Shown here: piece by piece, positions 11,409 to 45,950 of the stretch
How positions within the stretch are numbered: the stretch's first letter is position 1
Layout: the number at the start of each line of letters is the position of its first letter
NCBI RefSeq assembly: GCF_009834535.1
Contig: NC_045728.1
Location: forward strand, 16,926,001 to 16,990,000
DNA length: 64,000 bases
Direction: 5' to 3'
DNA from: Camelus ferus
Taxonomy: Eukaryota
Position numbers and translations under genes: made by a program
Notes under the pieces: model-generated
The model's input: the letters and a program-made list of their open reading frames with translations, nothing else
Told to the model about the DNA's origin: nothing
Database searches by the model: none

Positions 11409-13449
11409 GAAAGCAAACCATCACACCAAAGATCAAATATAATTAAGCAGACAAAATGTTTGGTGTCCTTTTCCCATTACAACCCCTGCTGACCCAGGCC
11501 TCTTCCCTCCCAGACCCTTTTTTTCTGCTCTTCCTGGCCTATCAAACCTTACCTGCCCCAATCTCCCATTCTGTTGGGGCCCTGCTTTCTGGGAAACAAT
11601 TAACTAATGTGGTACTGGAGTACACTAATGGATGTTAATAATTTACTGTAGTTCCCTTCTCATCTCAGGACATTTGAATAATAACACATCCAGAACAAAG
11701 GAAGGACTGATTTTGGCAATTTCAGATCCAGTCAAGTGCCTTTTAATCAATTTATTTATTCTGTGGGAGGAGAGAGTTTGAGCAGGTAGATCCAACCTTG
11801 AGGAGTTCTGCCTGGCCTTTTTCAAACCTTATTGGCCTACTCAGATATGGCCCTGTGGCTGTCTTAAATAGGAGAATGGGAAAAAAGTGTGTGGGTTATA
11901 AGCCCTCCTGCTCAGGACACACTTGGGAACCTACTTTGTAGATTTTATTAAGCTCTGTTTATTTGAGACAAGTCCAGGGAGCACCTCTCCCTTGTTATTC
12001 TGCCACTGTCCTCTGCAGAGCTTCTCTGGACCTGTTGCTGCCCTCCTCGGACATGAGAGCAAAGGTTAATCACATTTTGAGAGAAATGACCTGAAATGTG
12101 TTCATTCAACCAACAAGAAAACATCGTGTATCCTTCAGGAATTGGTCTTGCTTCTTTCTTGTCTCCCTATTAACAATATGTCTCTAAGTATCCTTGGTAT
12201 TTCCTATGATATGATCCCCCCCCCTTTTTTTTCTTGCCAGTGAAATATTTGTGGAGTTATGTAGAAAAGGAGGCTGGTTTTTACAGCGCTGCATTTATAA
12301 AAGAACCTTACGAATTTTATTTTTAACTCAGCCCCCCGTTCCTTGGGCCTTTTTCTATTATTGTGTTCCCAGACTCTGTGATTACTGGAGATACTCTAAA
12401 ATAAAGCACCAAAGTTTAAATTTGTTGCCATGCTTTTTTGATTTTGTTTTTGCTCCCAAGTATCACTGTTTCTGAGAACTTGAGGCCGCCTTGTCTGTAG
12501 TGTCATCATAGAGGCTTCCCTGGTGTCCAGCAGAGGGCAGCCTGTTCTCACCAAAAATTTCAGTGCTCCTTTTCCTCCGGGGAACTAATTCATTTCACTA
12601 TTTGGGGTATCCTTGGTGTCAAAATTCCAGTGTAAATTGAAACACACGAGTTGCATTTCTTTAGAATCTGTATACCCTAGAATTACACTGCTATATTTCT
12701 ATAATTGCAACACTTTCCTGGAGAAAACCATGCCCATAATTTACAGGGGCTGGATCATCCACTGCAACAGTGATTCCCTGGCTGGTAAATGATCCACAGG
12801 TCAGTTCTTCCCAGTTAATTACAGTTCTGTTTGACATGACCTTGATGATAGTCATAGGTAATAAAAGATATGAGTTTGGATGAGAGGGGAAAGCAGCTAC
12901 TTTTAGGGGTAATTACCAGCCATTTATTCATTTTCAAGTTTCCAAACATGAGCAAAACACAGTCTTAACATTGCCTCGGCTAACTTATTGATAACATCAC
13001 AGGCAACTCAAAGGATGTACGAATGTTCAGCGTTCCTTCCTGTGTCAGATGCCAACACATTATCCACAACACTGTAGCTCAACCCCAGGGAGCAGGGGCT
13101 GAGCCCCTAAACAGTAAAAGGTCTTAGAATACCTTTGGTTGCTCCCCATGTGTAAGTCATTGGGTGAAGAGCAAACATTTGCAGAAGGAAGGAGAATTTG
13201 CATCTGAACGTGTAGGAAACCCACCCAGGCAGCCTTAGGCCTTTAGGAACAGACAGTTCAGCTCTCTGACAAAGAGATGTCCTTCTTTGTGTGTGTAACA
13301 CCTCTCTGAACTCAATCGTAGAACTATATGGGGAATATATTGGAGTTTGAGGGTTTTTTTTTGTTTTGGAGGTTTCTCATATTTCTTTGTTTTCTTAACA
13401 CCCTCTCGATCATCAGATTTGCTCTGTGAAGAAATAATATGGATAATAG

Positions 13450-13672
13450 GTAACATTTATTAAGCATTTCCTATATATCAAGAATGTTTCAAGTTGTTTT
13501 TTCTCACATAATCCTTACAACAACCTTATGAGCTCAATAACTATTATTATCTGCTTTTTAATGACAGGGAAATTGATACACAGAGATATTAAATGTCTTG
13601 CCCAAGATCACCTGCGTAGAAAGTTGCAGACCTGGGATGCAAACCCAAGCAGTCTGTCTGGCTCCAGACTCT
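13450..13672 (-). mobile_element. MIR SINE
   Basis: taacatttattaagca...cttgcccaagatcac...caaacccaagcagtctg. Confidence 0.75.
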
Positions 13673-13780
13673 CTCTCTGGACCATGATACTGCACTCCCT
13701 ATTTCATGACCTCTTTTTGAATATTTTGTCAAAGTATCTGGAATGATTAGATGAGCAGAGATAAGAACAGGAATTTGTCT

Positions 13781-13874
13781 GGGGGATGGTGTAGCTCAGT
13801 GGTAGAGCACGTACTTATTAGCATGCACAAGGTCCTGGGTTCAATCCTCAGTACTGCCATTAAAAAAAAAAAAA
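13781..13874 (+). mobile_element. tRNA-derived SINE (Vic-1-like)
   Basis: A box tagctcagtgg, B box ggttcaatcc, A13 tail; aagaacagga repeated on both flanks. Confidence 0.88.
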
Positions 13875-14609
13875 GAACAGGAGCTAGTCAGAGCTGTTTC
13901 ACTTTCTTAACCACCTTTTTATTCTGCCTCCAGTAATCACGGAGCTTGTCCTAGTAAGACAGAGTCTACAGATAATACGTTTAGTCTTTGTAGGGGCTTT
14001 TCTAGAACACTGTGAGCCCTCAGCTAACTTGAACCATGTAGCTAGATTAGAAAGGGAGCTGATTTCCTGAAGTCCTAAAAGTTAGTGGAAATTCCGGTTT
14101 CTGATTACAGTCCCAGCTACATTTCTGCTGAGTTCGGAGTGGTGTGTCCAGGGGTCTTGGCACTGCTTCTTTCTTACTCCTATGACCTTTTCCTGAACAG
14201 TTCTGCTGGTAAGATCAGAAAAGAAAGAGAAAAAGAATACCAACTTCAGGGGACCACAGGGAAAGGCTTTTAGAGGATCAGGAATATTTTAAGTAATCCC
14301 TGCTTTTTCCAAATCAAACCTCTGTTTGATAGGAGTCTGAGGACAGTGTGCCCAGATGCTAAAAGCTACTTATGTTGGGGTGTTGAATAATACATGGTGA
14401 TAAGGGCTTAGAGAAATAAGGGGGAAGAGAGAAATCTGGACTCTACCTTGTGGACGTAGCAGGGCTAGACAAGGAATAGCTGGCAGGAGGGGACTATTAA
14501 TACACGTCTATGGACCTCATGCAGGAGGCCAGCCAGGGGGAGGCAGACTTCAGTCTACAGTGGTAACCAAGAACCAAAAGGTTTCTTTGAATATGTAATA
14601 ATGTTTATG

Positions 14610-14720
14610 GGTCAGAATTCAAAAAACCTAAGTGCAATGTGGTATCCTGGATTGGGTCCTGAAACAGGAAAAAAAATTAGTGGAAAAATGAGTGAAATTC
14701 AAGGAAAATCTGGAATTTAG
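14610..14720 (+). mobile_element. Old L1MC-type 3' fragment
   Basis: gcaatgtggtatcctggattgggtcctgaaacag...ttagtggaaaaa. Confidence 0.6.
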
Positions 14721-15384
14721 TAAATAGTAAAACAAACAAAAGGATAAATGAGTATACTGAACATTGAAAAATCTCCCTTCCATTTTTATTTTCCAGATAC
14801 CCATAACCAACCAATGTGATTAGTCATGTGTGTCCTTCTAAAGACTTTTTTTTGATGCTTATACAAGCGCCATGTATGTGCATTCTGTTTTATACAAATC
14901 GTACGATATTATATGCATTGTTCTGATAGTTGCTTTTTTAAAAATCTTAAGATATTTTAATATTAACTATTGAGGAGCAATCTATTGTTTTCAAACATTT
15001 TCAGCTTAAAATTATACTGTGTACCACAAGTTCAATAACACTGTGTACCTTGCTTTCTCACTTAACACTATAACGAAGGGTTTCTGTTGGGCTGTGCATA
15101 GGACCTGTCACGACAACCAGGGGTCTGTCCTAAGAAGGTTAGAGCCTGTGCTAGGACTGAAAGGCCTGAGACTTTCAAGGTCACCATGCCTGCTTGACCT
15201 AGGTTTGTTGTAGGTTAAATCTACCCTTGTGGTCAGGGCAAGTACTAATTCTGACTGCTGTTCTTATGAACTGGGGGCCTACAGACCTTGAACAGAAGTC
15301 TCTGGGAGTTCTCTTCTTATGTTTGGCATGGACACCAGATTCAGTGATTCAGTAAGACCATGCAAATCAAAAACATAATTGCTA

Positions 15385-15588
15385 GGGGAGAGGGTATAGC
15401 TTAGAGGTAGAGAGCTTGCCTAGCAAGCACAAGGTCCTGGGTTCAAGCCCCAGAACCTCCATTAAAGAAAGAAAGAAATAAAACCTAATTACCAACCTCC
15501 ACCCTGACCCCCCCCCCCAAAAGAACCATAAACAGTGCTGTATGTCAATGATATCTCAATAAAACTGGAAGGAAAAAAAAATTTTTTT
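15385..15588 (+). mobile_element. Vic-1-like SINE followed by an L1-like 3' terminus, within one TSD pair
   Basis: SINE body 15385-15520, then tgctgtatgtcaatgatatctcaataaaactggaagg-A9; TSD aaaacataattgcta / aaaccgtaattgcta. Confidence 0.8.
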
Positions 15589-15884
15589 AAACCGTAATTG
15601 CTAACATTTGTGTTGGGCCTTCTACTTACAAGGTACCTTACATCATGGGCCTTCTTCCTCACAACAACCCCGAGAGGGAAGTTAAGTAAGATTTGTCCTG
15701 TCTTTCCAACAAGGATGCCTTCTGGAAGGCTTTGAGTCAGATCTTCCGACTCTAAACCATGGAGGTCTCATTCATCCTTTCACAGTGGTCCTCCTTGTTG
15801 CCAAAGTTCAGTTGATTGGAATTTCTTACCTGCTTCTTCTTCCTGAGTAGATAATCACAATTATTGGCTGGGATTTGAAAGCCT

Positions 15885-16095
15885 CCTCTTGTCAGGCACT
15901 AATCTAAGCACTATGTATGAATTATTTAATCTTATTAACCACAAGAGGTAAGCTTTACAGCCCCAATCTACAGATGAAGAAACCAAGATTCAGAGAGGGT
16001 AAGTTATTTGCCCAAAGTGACACAATTAGTAGTTGGCAGAGCTGGGATGTCAGTCTAGGTCTTCCTGACTCCACTGTATACTCTCTTAAGCACAG
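15885..16095 (-). mobile_element. MIR SINE
   Basis: ctacagatgaagaaacc...agagagggtaagttatttgcccaaag. Confidence 0.75.
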
Positions 16096-17454
16096 TATAT
16101 ACTGCCTGGATTCAGAACCGACTGTCTCATTGACTCGTTCTTCCCAAGAATTCAAGCAAAGTTTTCCCCTGGAAATCAATACCTTATTTAAACATCGCAG
16201 TAAAGCTGTGACATGGAGGGACGAGGTGAGGCAAGAAACAGTGAGAATCCCTGATCACGAGTTCTGCAGCTGCTTCTGGCTCACTGTGTGCGTCCAGGTA
16301 AAGTCTCTTTCTCTTTGTCAAGTGTTCCCAGCCATAAAACTGGAATTAAAATTTTGCCACAAAGCAGAGAAGAGAAAGGAGGTGAAAATACTGAGGCAAG
16401 GTTGACAGGAAAATATTGGAGCCCCATAGAAGGAAGTCATTCTTTGTATAAATATACATTTGATGTATCATTAATGCTATGGTGATAATTACCACTTTGC
16501 AATAAATTAAGTACAGCCCTGGGAGTCGGTTTCCCAGGGTCATTTTGCTAAAGGAAGAGTTAGAAAATGCCTGTATGTGCCTCAGGTTTTCTGTGCGTGA
16601 ACTGAGCCATCCACTGCTTTCCTGAAGGCTTTGTCAATGGGAGGACACTTCTGGGTCTGCCCGGAGAGAACCACCTACCCACAGTTCTGTCTCCTGCACT
16701 CAGCCTTCTCTCCCAGTGGGGTGACTCTGGGGAGCAGATCCACCCTTAAATGAGTGCTTAATTGTAAAGCTCTGTGAGGAAGCGTCAAACTTACTCAACA
16801 TGACGCACGAGGCAGAACAGGACCGTGTCCTTTAGGCTTCCTCAGGACTGACCTTTTTCTGCTGTGACACCGAGTGCTGTTGATCCTACCTGCCTCTGCA
16901 TCTCCGTGTGCTCTGTGCTTCATCTGACAGGAACTGGCAAGTCCGGTCTTGTCTGCCCCTGATTCACGGGATGAGCGAACTGTAATGTATATGGGTGTCA
17001 GAACTCAGTACTTTTGTGCTGAGCAGGTCACATTGCTTCCTGAGGGTTCCCTTATCCTCAGCCCAATCTCAGCTGCTGCTTCTGGTGCCCGCTGGTCATT
17101 AGTTTCTCGTGGTGTGTGTGGGGGGCATGGAAAATGGACCGGGGATGGGGGTTGGGTGGGGGGAGCAATAGAGAGGAGAGAGAGATTTGGAAACAGCTCA
17201 GGGCCACAGGACTGCGTTTGGCGTCCTTAGCTAACTTCCAGGAATCTAGCAAATGAGGGATCATTTTAATCTGGCAAAAACCACAGGCAAATAGGCGCAG
17301 AATTGTTTATTGATAAGCAGTGGTAGCTGTCATTTGGTTTTCTGGCCAGAGGTGGCCTCCAAAGGCTCTTTCCAGACTCTCCCTGAGCCGATGCTTATTG
17401 GTTGACGTGGAAATTATTTTTCCAGATGAACTTTTAAAATCAATGACTTCTGAA

Positions 17455-17600
17455 CATCAGTGTACATTAGCCAGGGGTGCACAGTAAAATGTATCCCATT
17501 CTCAGGGATTCTGATTCCGTAGATCTGGGTGGAGGCCAGGAATCTGCATTTTTAACAAGTATTTTAGGTGATTCAGATAGTCAGTGAACCATTCTCCCCC
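17455..17600 (+). mobile_element. MER5-like DNA transposon fragment
   Basis: gattctgattccgtagatctgggtggaggccaggaatctgcatttttaacaag...ggtgattc. Confidence 0.7.
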
Positions 17601-18559
17601 AAACAGCTGTCTTAGAATTAGTTCCAGTTTACATTTGGCCCAATTTTTGAAATAACCTCTTTCTGTTGTTTGTTTTAGCCACTTTTTTTTTTTACTGAAG
17701 GATTTATTAGCATCTCCATTTTTACTACCTGTTTCATTCTCACATCATCACAGTAACTAGAGAGGGAATCAGCAGTGGTTAGCTCCATTTTATTGGGGGT
17801 GAGGAGGTAGGAGGTGGGATTGAGGCATAGGGAGAGGTAAGTCACAATGAATCAGAGACAGAGGTGGGCATTGAAGTCCAGAATTGATGACTCTCAAACC
17901 AGGCTATTTTCTGGGACCTGTTTCCTCAGCCTGTGATTCGATATTTAATCATAGTTATTCCATAGGTGTCCAATTAATCATGCTTGGGTAAGCAAAGCGT
18001 ATTTGTGTTTTAAACAGAATAGCTTAGCATCAATCAGTGTGCTAATTTTTGTTTAGCAGGTTGAAACGCATCTAAGCTTGAGCTAATGACCAGATGAGGA
18101 CATGTGTGGAACTGACTTAGTGTTTCTTTCTGTGCTTGCCTCCTTTATCGTTTCTGAAGACTTTTTACACAAACTTTAAGGGAACAGCCTTCTCCTCCCC
18201 CGTGCCAATAGAAGCCCCCTCTAATCTTCTAATTAATAAAGTATTAAATCAAAAAACCTCGTAGCTTTCTATTTCTCAAACTTGAATAGTATTTGGATCC
18301 ATTTCCAAAGGATAAAGAAAACTTGAAAAGTCTCAGTTTATCTAAATTATTTTATTACAATGTTACTTAAATTTACCAATATAAAGTAGGAATAGAATGT
18401 TCTTTTATTTATAGTTCTTATACAACTAAAAACCCCAAAATAGATTTCCAAATTAAATACACAAAATCAATACTACTCATATTAATACTATAGTAATTTA
18501 ATATGGGAAATGATGTATTTTGCTGAGACTAAATTATCCCTTGTGTTGGTTTTTTTCAG

Positions 18560-18944
18560 TTTTTTTTGTATATATATTTTTATTGTAGTGTAGTCAGTTT
18601 ACAGTGTTGTGTCAATTTGTGGTGTACTGCATAATGCTTCAGTCATACATGAACATACATATATTCTTTTTCACCATAAGTTACTACAAGATATTGAATA
18701 TAGTTCCCTGTGCTATACAGTATGAACTTGTTTATCTATTTTATATATATTAGTTAATATCTGCAAGTCTTGAACTCCCAATTTATCTCTTCCCACCTCC
18801 TTCCCCCTTGGTAACCATAAGTTTGTTTTCTATGTATGTGAATCTGTTTGTTTTGTAAATAAGTTCATTTGCCTTTTTTTTTCTTTAGATTCCACATATG
18901 AGTGATATCATATAGTATTTTTCTTTTTCCTTCTGGCTTACTTC
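18560..18944 (-). mobile_element. L1 3' end (artiodactyl type) running into an assembly gap
   Basis: Reverse of the L1 3'UTR (gttccctgtgctatacagta...ggtaaccataagtttg) and the ORF2 tail (EVSQKEKEKYYMISLICGI). Confidence 0.9.
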
Positions 18945-19147
18945 NNNNNNNNNNNNNNNNNNNNNNNNNNNNNNNNNNNNNNNNNNNNNNNNNNNNNNNN
19001 NNNNNNNNNNNNNNNNNNNNNNNNNNNNNNNNNNNNNNNNNNNNNNNNNNNNNNNNNNNNNNNNNNNNNNNNNNNNNNNNNNNNNNNNNNNNNNNNNNNN
19101 NNNNNNNNNNNNNNNNNNNNNNNNNNNNNNNNNNNNNNNNNNNNNNN
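18945..19147. other. Assembly gap (203 N)
   Basis: Run of N. Confidence 1.
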
Positions 19148-20687
19148 ATGGTATTGCCTCTGAAAGCTCAGCTTGGTATTGCCACCAAGTGAATCTCAAT
19201 TTTCTCACCACTTTTCTGTTAGAACTACTGTGTCAGGACAGTCCTGTGATGTGGTTTAGCTTTCATTTTGTGCATGAAAATGCCATTTTCATTTAAAATC
19301 CCCCTCTGTTCTTTTCTCATTGTCCCAGAAGAGTAAAAGCAGGACTGAAACACACATGCAAACGTGGGTACTGAAATCGTGTGGCAATGCTGGGTTATTA
19401 AGTGGTCATCCAAATAATTCAGAATATGCTTATGCAAATCTAAAACATATTATCAAATTGAAAACAAAATTAAAACCCTAGAGAATACATCCACAAACCT
19501 AATTTGAGAATGACTGTGCAGATCCCTTGGTTTCCAAACTTTCACTGCTATCTACTGTGTTTACTTCCAGGAACCCCATGTTTTAAAAAATGTCTCCTAA
19601 GTTGTATTTACTAAGAATTTTACATTTTTATTAATCAGACACTGAGAATTACCGTTTCAGAGCTGGTGATCACCATAGGTAGTTATCACTCTAAGCTGCT
19701 TATAGTCCAAAACAAACAAACAAAAAAGACAGGACATTTTAGTTGTTCTGTGCTGCCCTAATAAGGGTAAATGGAAACTTCTCATTATGTTTTGTAAGAA
19801 AGAATTCCCGTATCGTCACCTCCTCCTACCGCTGCCTTTGAGGACTCCTGGAGTTGTAGAGAGGTCAGTTTAGCCTTTCTTGTATAAGCAAAGTAGCCAT
19901 TCCACTGAATTTGGAAGGATTAGAGCTTGTCCTAGTTTCACTTGATTGTTGTACTTCGAGCATGCTAAAGACCTAAAAAATGGGAGGAAGAAAATACAAC
20001 AGAAGGCACCAATCCAGTACCGAACTGAAAAGAAACACAAAAACAAGAGAGCAGCATGTTTTTAACAGCTTGCATGGAGAAAGAGGAAAAAATATTGACT
20101 GGGGAGTTTGGATGGCACTGTTCATTTTCTCTCACCGCCCGCGTTATTTGTCTTACGGAGCACGAGCCAGATACAAATTCTGGCGCACAGGCCGGAGGAA
20201 GAGGTGGAGGGGTTTTATGGAAGCTTGAGGATAGTGGGGAAATTAGGGGCTGGAGACCCAAGTGGCTCAGGGCCAGGATGAAGTCAGGGGAGGCGCTAAA
20301 TCTTTTTTCCTCCTGGCCTCGGGCATCCTCTTTGGTCCACCTGAGTCCTAAGAGGGCACAGCAGGGATCACCCAGGTAGGTCCCCGACGACTTCAGACCA
20401 TCAGAAACAGGATGAATCTCTGCCCTTGTTTCTTTCGACTGAAGAAAGGGCATGGGGGCTCCTTTCGCTTTCTCAGCCAACCTATCTTCTGGATTTCAGA
20501 CCTACAGCTCCGGCGTCGGGGGCCAGGCGGGGGCCGCCACCAGCCCATCAGGGTATCGGTTCACCCACCTCGGCGGAACCGGACTTCGGGCCTTAGCCCC
20601 GCCTCCCTGGGGGCGGGGCGGGGCCTGGGCACGGGGCGGGGCCTGGGCGCGAAGCCGGCGGCGGCGACCAGTCGGAGCAGGAAGAAC

Positions 20688-41981
<21,294 letters not shown>

Positions 41982-43211
41982 TGAGGAACAGGAGGGAAAA
42001 GACTTTACTAAATTCTTACCACAGATTTCTAGTCCATGTGTTCTTAAACTGGGTGGAGAGAAAAATGGAAAACCTTCAAGACCTCATCCGAGCAAACGGC
42101 AGCAACTTACAAGAAATCAAATTTCAGTGACTTGATTCTTTCTAAAGATGAAATGGGATTGTTCTATACTTGTCTTCCTTGTTGGGATAATTATATTTAA
42201 GCCATTCTTATTGTTTGTGACCCATTCCTGACACTTGGTGCAGTCATTTCTTGATTGTCTCCTAGTGATTTATCCAGCACCATCTGGTCTCCTGCGTCTT
42301 CATTGTTCTACCAAGCCTGGATGGGTTTGGACCCAGACGCGGAATGGAGTGATTCTCTTGATGTTTACATATATCTGTGTCTCTGTCATTCCAAAGTTAA
42401 GTGTACATGGTTTAGAATAACTTAATTTATAAACACTCTATTTGGGAGACACATCGAGATTTAACTGTAGTGAAAGCCATATTTTCCTGGGTAATAATGG
42501 TCTGCGTCAGTGTTGCACATGAAAGGGGAATGTGGAAACTCAGGGTTCATCTGTTGGTTGTTTTGGTGTTTATTTGCTCGATTCTGATTGTAATCATGTC
42601 ATTCAGAAACCTGGAGTGCAGATGCATCTTGCTGCTGGTGCCAGATGTTGAAGCCTAACTGAATTTCAACAGCTCCCCACTGTGACCACCTTCAAAAATG
42701 CTGCCCTCTCTTCTGTCCCCTAAGAAACTGAAAATGTAGTGCCTTCTAACAAGCAGTGGTTCTCCTGTTTGATTGTAAGATCGCAATTGTTACTTCGAAT
42801 GAGCAGAGGAACCACTGGTCTATATAACACTGTGAGGACCTCTGCTCTCTACCTGGTTCTGCTTCCAGCTGTGTGAACATCTGGTCCTTGCTGCATGTAC
42901 AGTAGTGGCTTTCCAAAGTGAAGTTTCTTTAGTAATTTTTTGATATGGGTGATGCTGGAATCTTACCATTTGAAATGTTTCTTTCTCTACTTTTACAGTA
43001 AAACCTCATTAATTTCTCATGGAATTGAAGATAAAGAGTTAAGCTGAAGGGTTTGCTGAAGCAAATTAAAGAAGCCTGTTGTGTCTCAGCTACTTAACAG
43101 TCTTAATGCTCTTTAAAAAAGCACCCTTTTACCATTTGGTATGCGGGTTACTAATCACTCTATTCAGTTATATTAAAATACCTTCTGTGAGGATCTTTAT
43201 GAAGCCACACT

Positions 43212-43356
43212 TTTTGTTTTAATTTTATTTTTTGTTGAGGGGGAGGTAATTAGGTTTATTTATTTGTTTATTTTTTAGAGGAGGTACTGGGGATCGAACC
43301 CAGGACCTCACGCATGCTAAGTATGTGCTTTACCACTTGAGCTATACCCTCCCCCC
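43212..43356 (-). mobile_element. tRNA-derived SINE (Vic-1-like) downstream of the canonical PPP2R1B stop
   Basis: The reverse complement has B box GGTTCGATCCC and A box tagctcaagtgg; ccacac-T-rich TSD. Confidence 0.88.
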
Positions 43357-44289
43357 ACACATTTTTTTTAGATGCATTCAATTTACTATCTTTGATGTGT
43401 ATACATATGTATTTCATGGAGAATTTAAATATTTTTTCTTTTAAATTTATGAACATTTTTCACCTAATCAAACTTGCCTTCTCCCTAATGAAATTTTTAA
43501 TTAATGAGGTTTTATTGTATTTATTTTTTTCTTCTGTGCATCATGCTATGTGGTTTGCTTGTTTCTGTTTTGATTTTCAAATTGTTTCTTTCATTCACAG
43601 TCTTTTAAACCCAGTGGGCCCTGTTATGATTTGTGGAGGTCCAAAGACTTTCTGTAAAACTTCGTACCCTAGACTGTTTTATAAAACCAAGTTTTGACCA
43701 AATGCTTTCAGGTTTGTCTCACCTTAGAAAAACAGAGCATTTTAAATTAGAATTATCTGCCTGCATTTAAAACTGCCAAGCTACTTTAGAGTAAGTTTCT
43801 ATTTTATTACTTTTGGGCTAAGAATTAAATATTTTCCTAGGCAAAAACCTTTTCTACATTCTCATTTTAATATCTTAAACTATTATGCTGTGGACATTTG
43901 AATTTGGTTTCATGGTTCTTTTTATTTTTTTTATTACCTGCGTGGTATGTTCTTCTTCATTGAATTTCATGTTTGAGAGAGTATTGTCTTAAAACAAATT
44001 TACACAACCAGTGCCTTCCTCTGGTTGGAAATGCCATTGATTTTGGGACAGATTTTTAAATGCCCATGTGGACCCCCTGGGGAGCCCTGACCTCCAGCCG
44101 AAGACCGTGGGGCCAGGGAGACAGCGAGCCCTGTCCTTCCCAGCCGCGGGTCAGGTAGCTCGGAGGGGCCCTGTCTCTTTGGGTGACCAGCAGGGACCTC
44201 ATGGTTTCGCTCTGACTTAAACAGTAGGGAGTCCCTTTTGTTACTCCTCACGGGAACTGTTCTTTGGCTCATAACTTGGTCATTTTCTC

Positions 44290-44445
44290 CACAGATTAGT
44301 TTTCTTCTCCTGATTTCACTGGAATGTAAGCTCCAGGAGCTGTGTCAGGGGCAGGGATTTTTGTCTGTTCTGTCCTCTAGGGTGTCACCAGCACCTGGAT
44401 CAGTGTCTGGTGTACATAGTAGGTGCTCAATAAAAATGTGTTCAA
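44290..44445 (+). mobile_element. L2 3' end containing AATAAA (44429-44434)
   Basis: ggaatgtaagctccagg...ggcagggattttgtctg...catagtaggtgctcaataaaaatgtgttcaatga. Confidence 0.82.
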
Positions 44446-45950
44446 TGACTGTCTAAAACCTGTCCTCTGGTGTGTTGTGTGCGTGGAGCAGGCCACCCAA
44501 GGTGCCAGACTGCTTCCCGTTCTCCCGTTGACAGTGAAAGGGTTTCACTGCTCTTCAGACACAAGCTCTGTGGGCCCTTCTCCAGTCCGCGTCCGGCACC
44601 TGTTCCGTTCGGCTTACGTTGTGACGCCCGGAGTAGACGTCGCCGTAGTTTTTCAGCCCGGCCAGTCTGTGTCAGTTGTTTGGTTGACCAGCAAAGTGAA
44701 GTGGACACATACATACCACCTTATGCCAATCAGAGCCTCACCAACCGTGGGGTTCACCTTAGTGTTATTCTTTCTACAGTTTTTGTGGGGTTTACCCCTC
44801 ACCGGTGTAAGAGACCAGATCTTTCTCTGTCCATGCTGCCGTGATGGGATGAACCTGAAGATGCAGTAAGTGGGTTGCTGTGCGGTTTCTAATGAGGCTT
44901 TGTTGAAATAATAACCCTCAGCTCATGGAAATACCACAGCATGGCCACTGTGGCCCAAGGCCCTGCGGGTCCTTGCTGGACAGCTTGTCCTGACTCAACA
45001 GAGACGGCAGCCTGACCTTTGAGCTGCCTTATCCAGGCGTCCGAGATCCTTGTGTAGACCTCCGGGGAATGAGACGCGTCATTCCTGAGCTGGTGACTGG
45101 GCTGTGGCAGTGCCGGCTGGTCACAGTTTCATTAATCGCTGTGTTGTCATGGAGTTCAGAATCTGGGGCTTTCCTGTGGAAATCACACTGGCTCCTTCCC
45201 CCTGGGGATGGCAGGGCAGGGTGGCCGAATGAGTTGGGTGCTTGTCCTACCCTCTTGCCTCGCTTGAATTCCTCTGATCCTTTTTTTCCTTTTGGCACTT
45301 GTATCTTAAAGCCTCCTATTTCTGCCCCGCCTGGTATAAAACCACAGGGGGAGGAGCTGTGTCACCTTGTTCTCCTTGGTTTAACAATGAAGTGATTGTG
45401 GTCTGATGTTATGTAATTTCCCTCTGATTCTCTCATATTCCTGATTCCATCCAATTCCTTGCTCCTCTTTCCTGTTCACTCACATGTCTCCAGTCCTTTT
45501 TTTGTACCTAGAATAGTCTCACCATTCCCCATTTGCCTCCACAAGCCTGCTGTTTCCAGGAAATTACATAATGTTCAGTCGAGATGGAAATCTTAAGAGA
45601 GTTTAATTACTCATTGGGTAGAAAAGCCAAGTCATTTCTTTATCCGGAGTTGTTTTCTTAAACTGATAGCATCAGCTCTGAGAGGAGCCAAGTCTTTTTT
45701 GTCTGGTTGGGGCTCTGTAGGCTGTCAGTGACCCAGATGTGGGGGGAGCACCCGGCTGGCACTGTAGGCCCAGTAGGGTGGCCCTTGCCATGGCTGTCGA
45801 GGAAAAGGCACCTTCAGTAAGGTCATGGGTGAACCGGCTTTCTCTGCACAGGGACCCAGCGCTGCGACAGCGAGGTGTCTTAGCCGGGATGCGCAGGTGG
45901 GCATGAGCCCTGGTCAGGGACGGTTACAGCGCTGCTGTCTGTGTCTCTAG

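Noticed and set aside
18885-19211. ORFs spanning N runs (also 18902-19192 and 25774-25974)
   Set aside because: Artefacts of translating across assembly gaps.
20412-20687. In-frame upstream ATG extending PPP2R1B by 92 aa
   Set aside because: It runs through the GC-box promoter, probably upstream of the TSS; stop scarcity is expected in GC-rich DNA, and ATG 20688 has a strong Kozak context and matches orthologs.
44532-44550. Perfect hairpin cagtgaaa-ggg-tttcactg
   Set aside because: An 8-bp stem is expected by chance in 64 kb and is far too short for a pre-miRNA.
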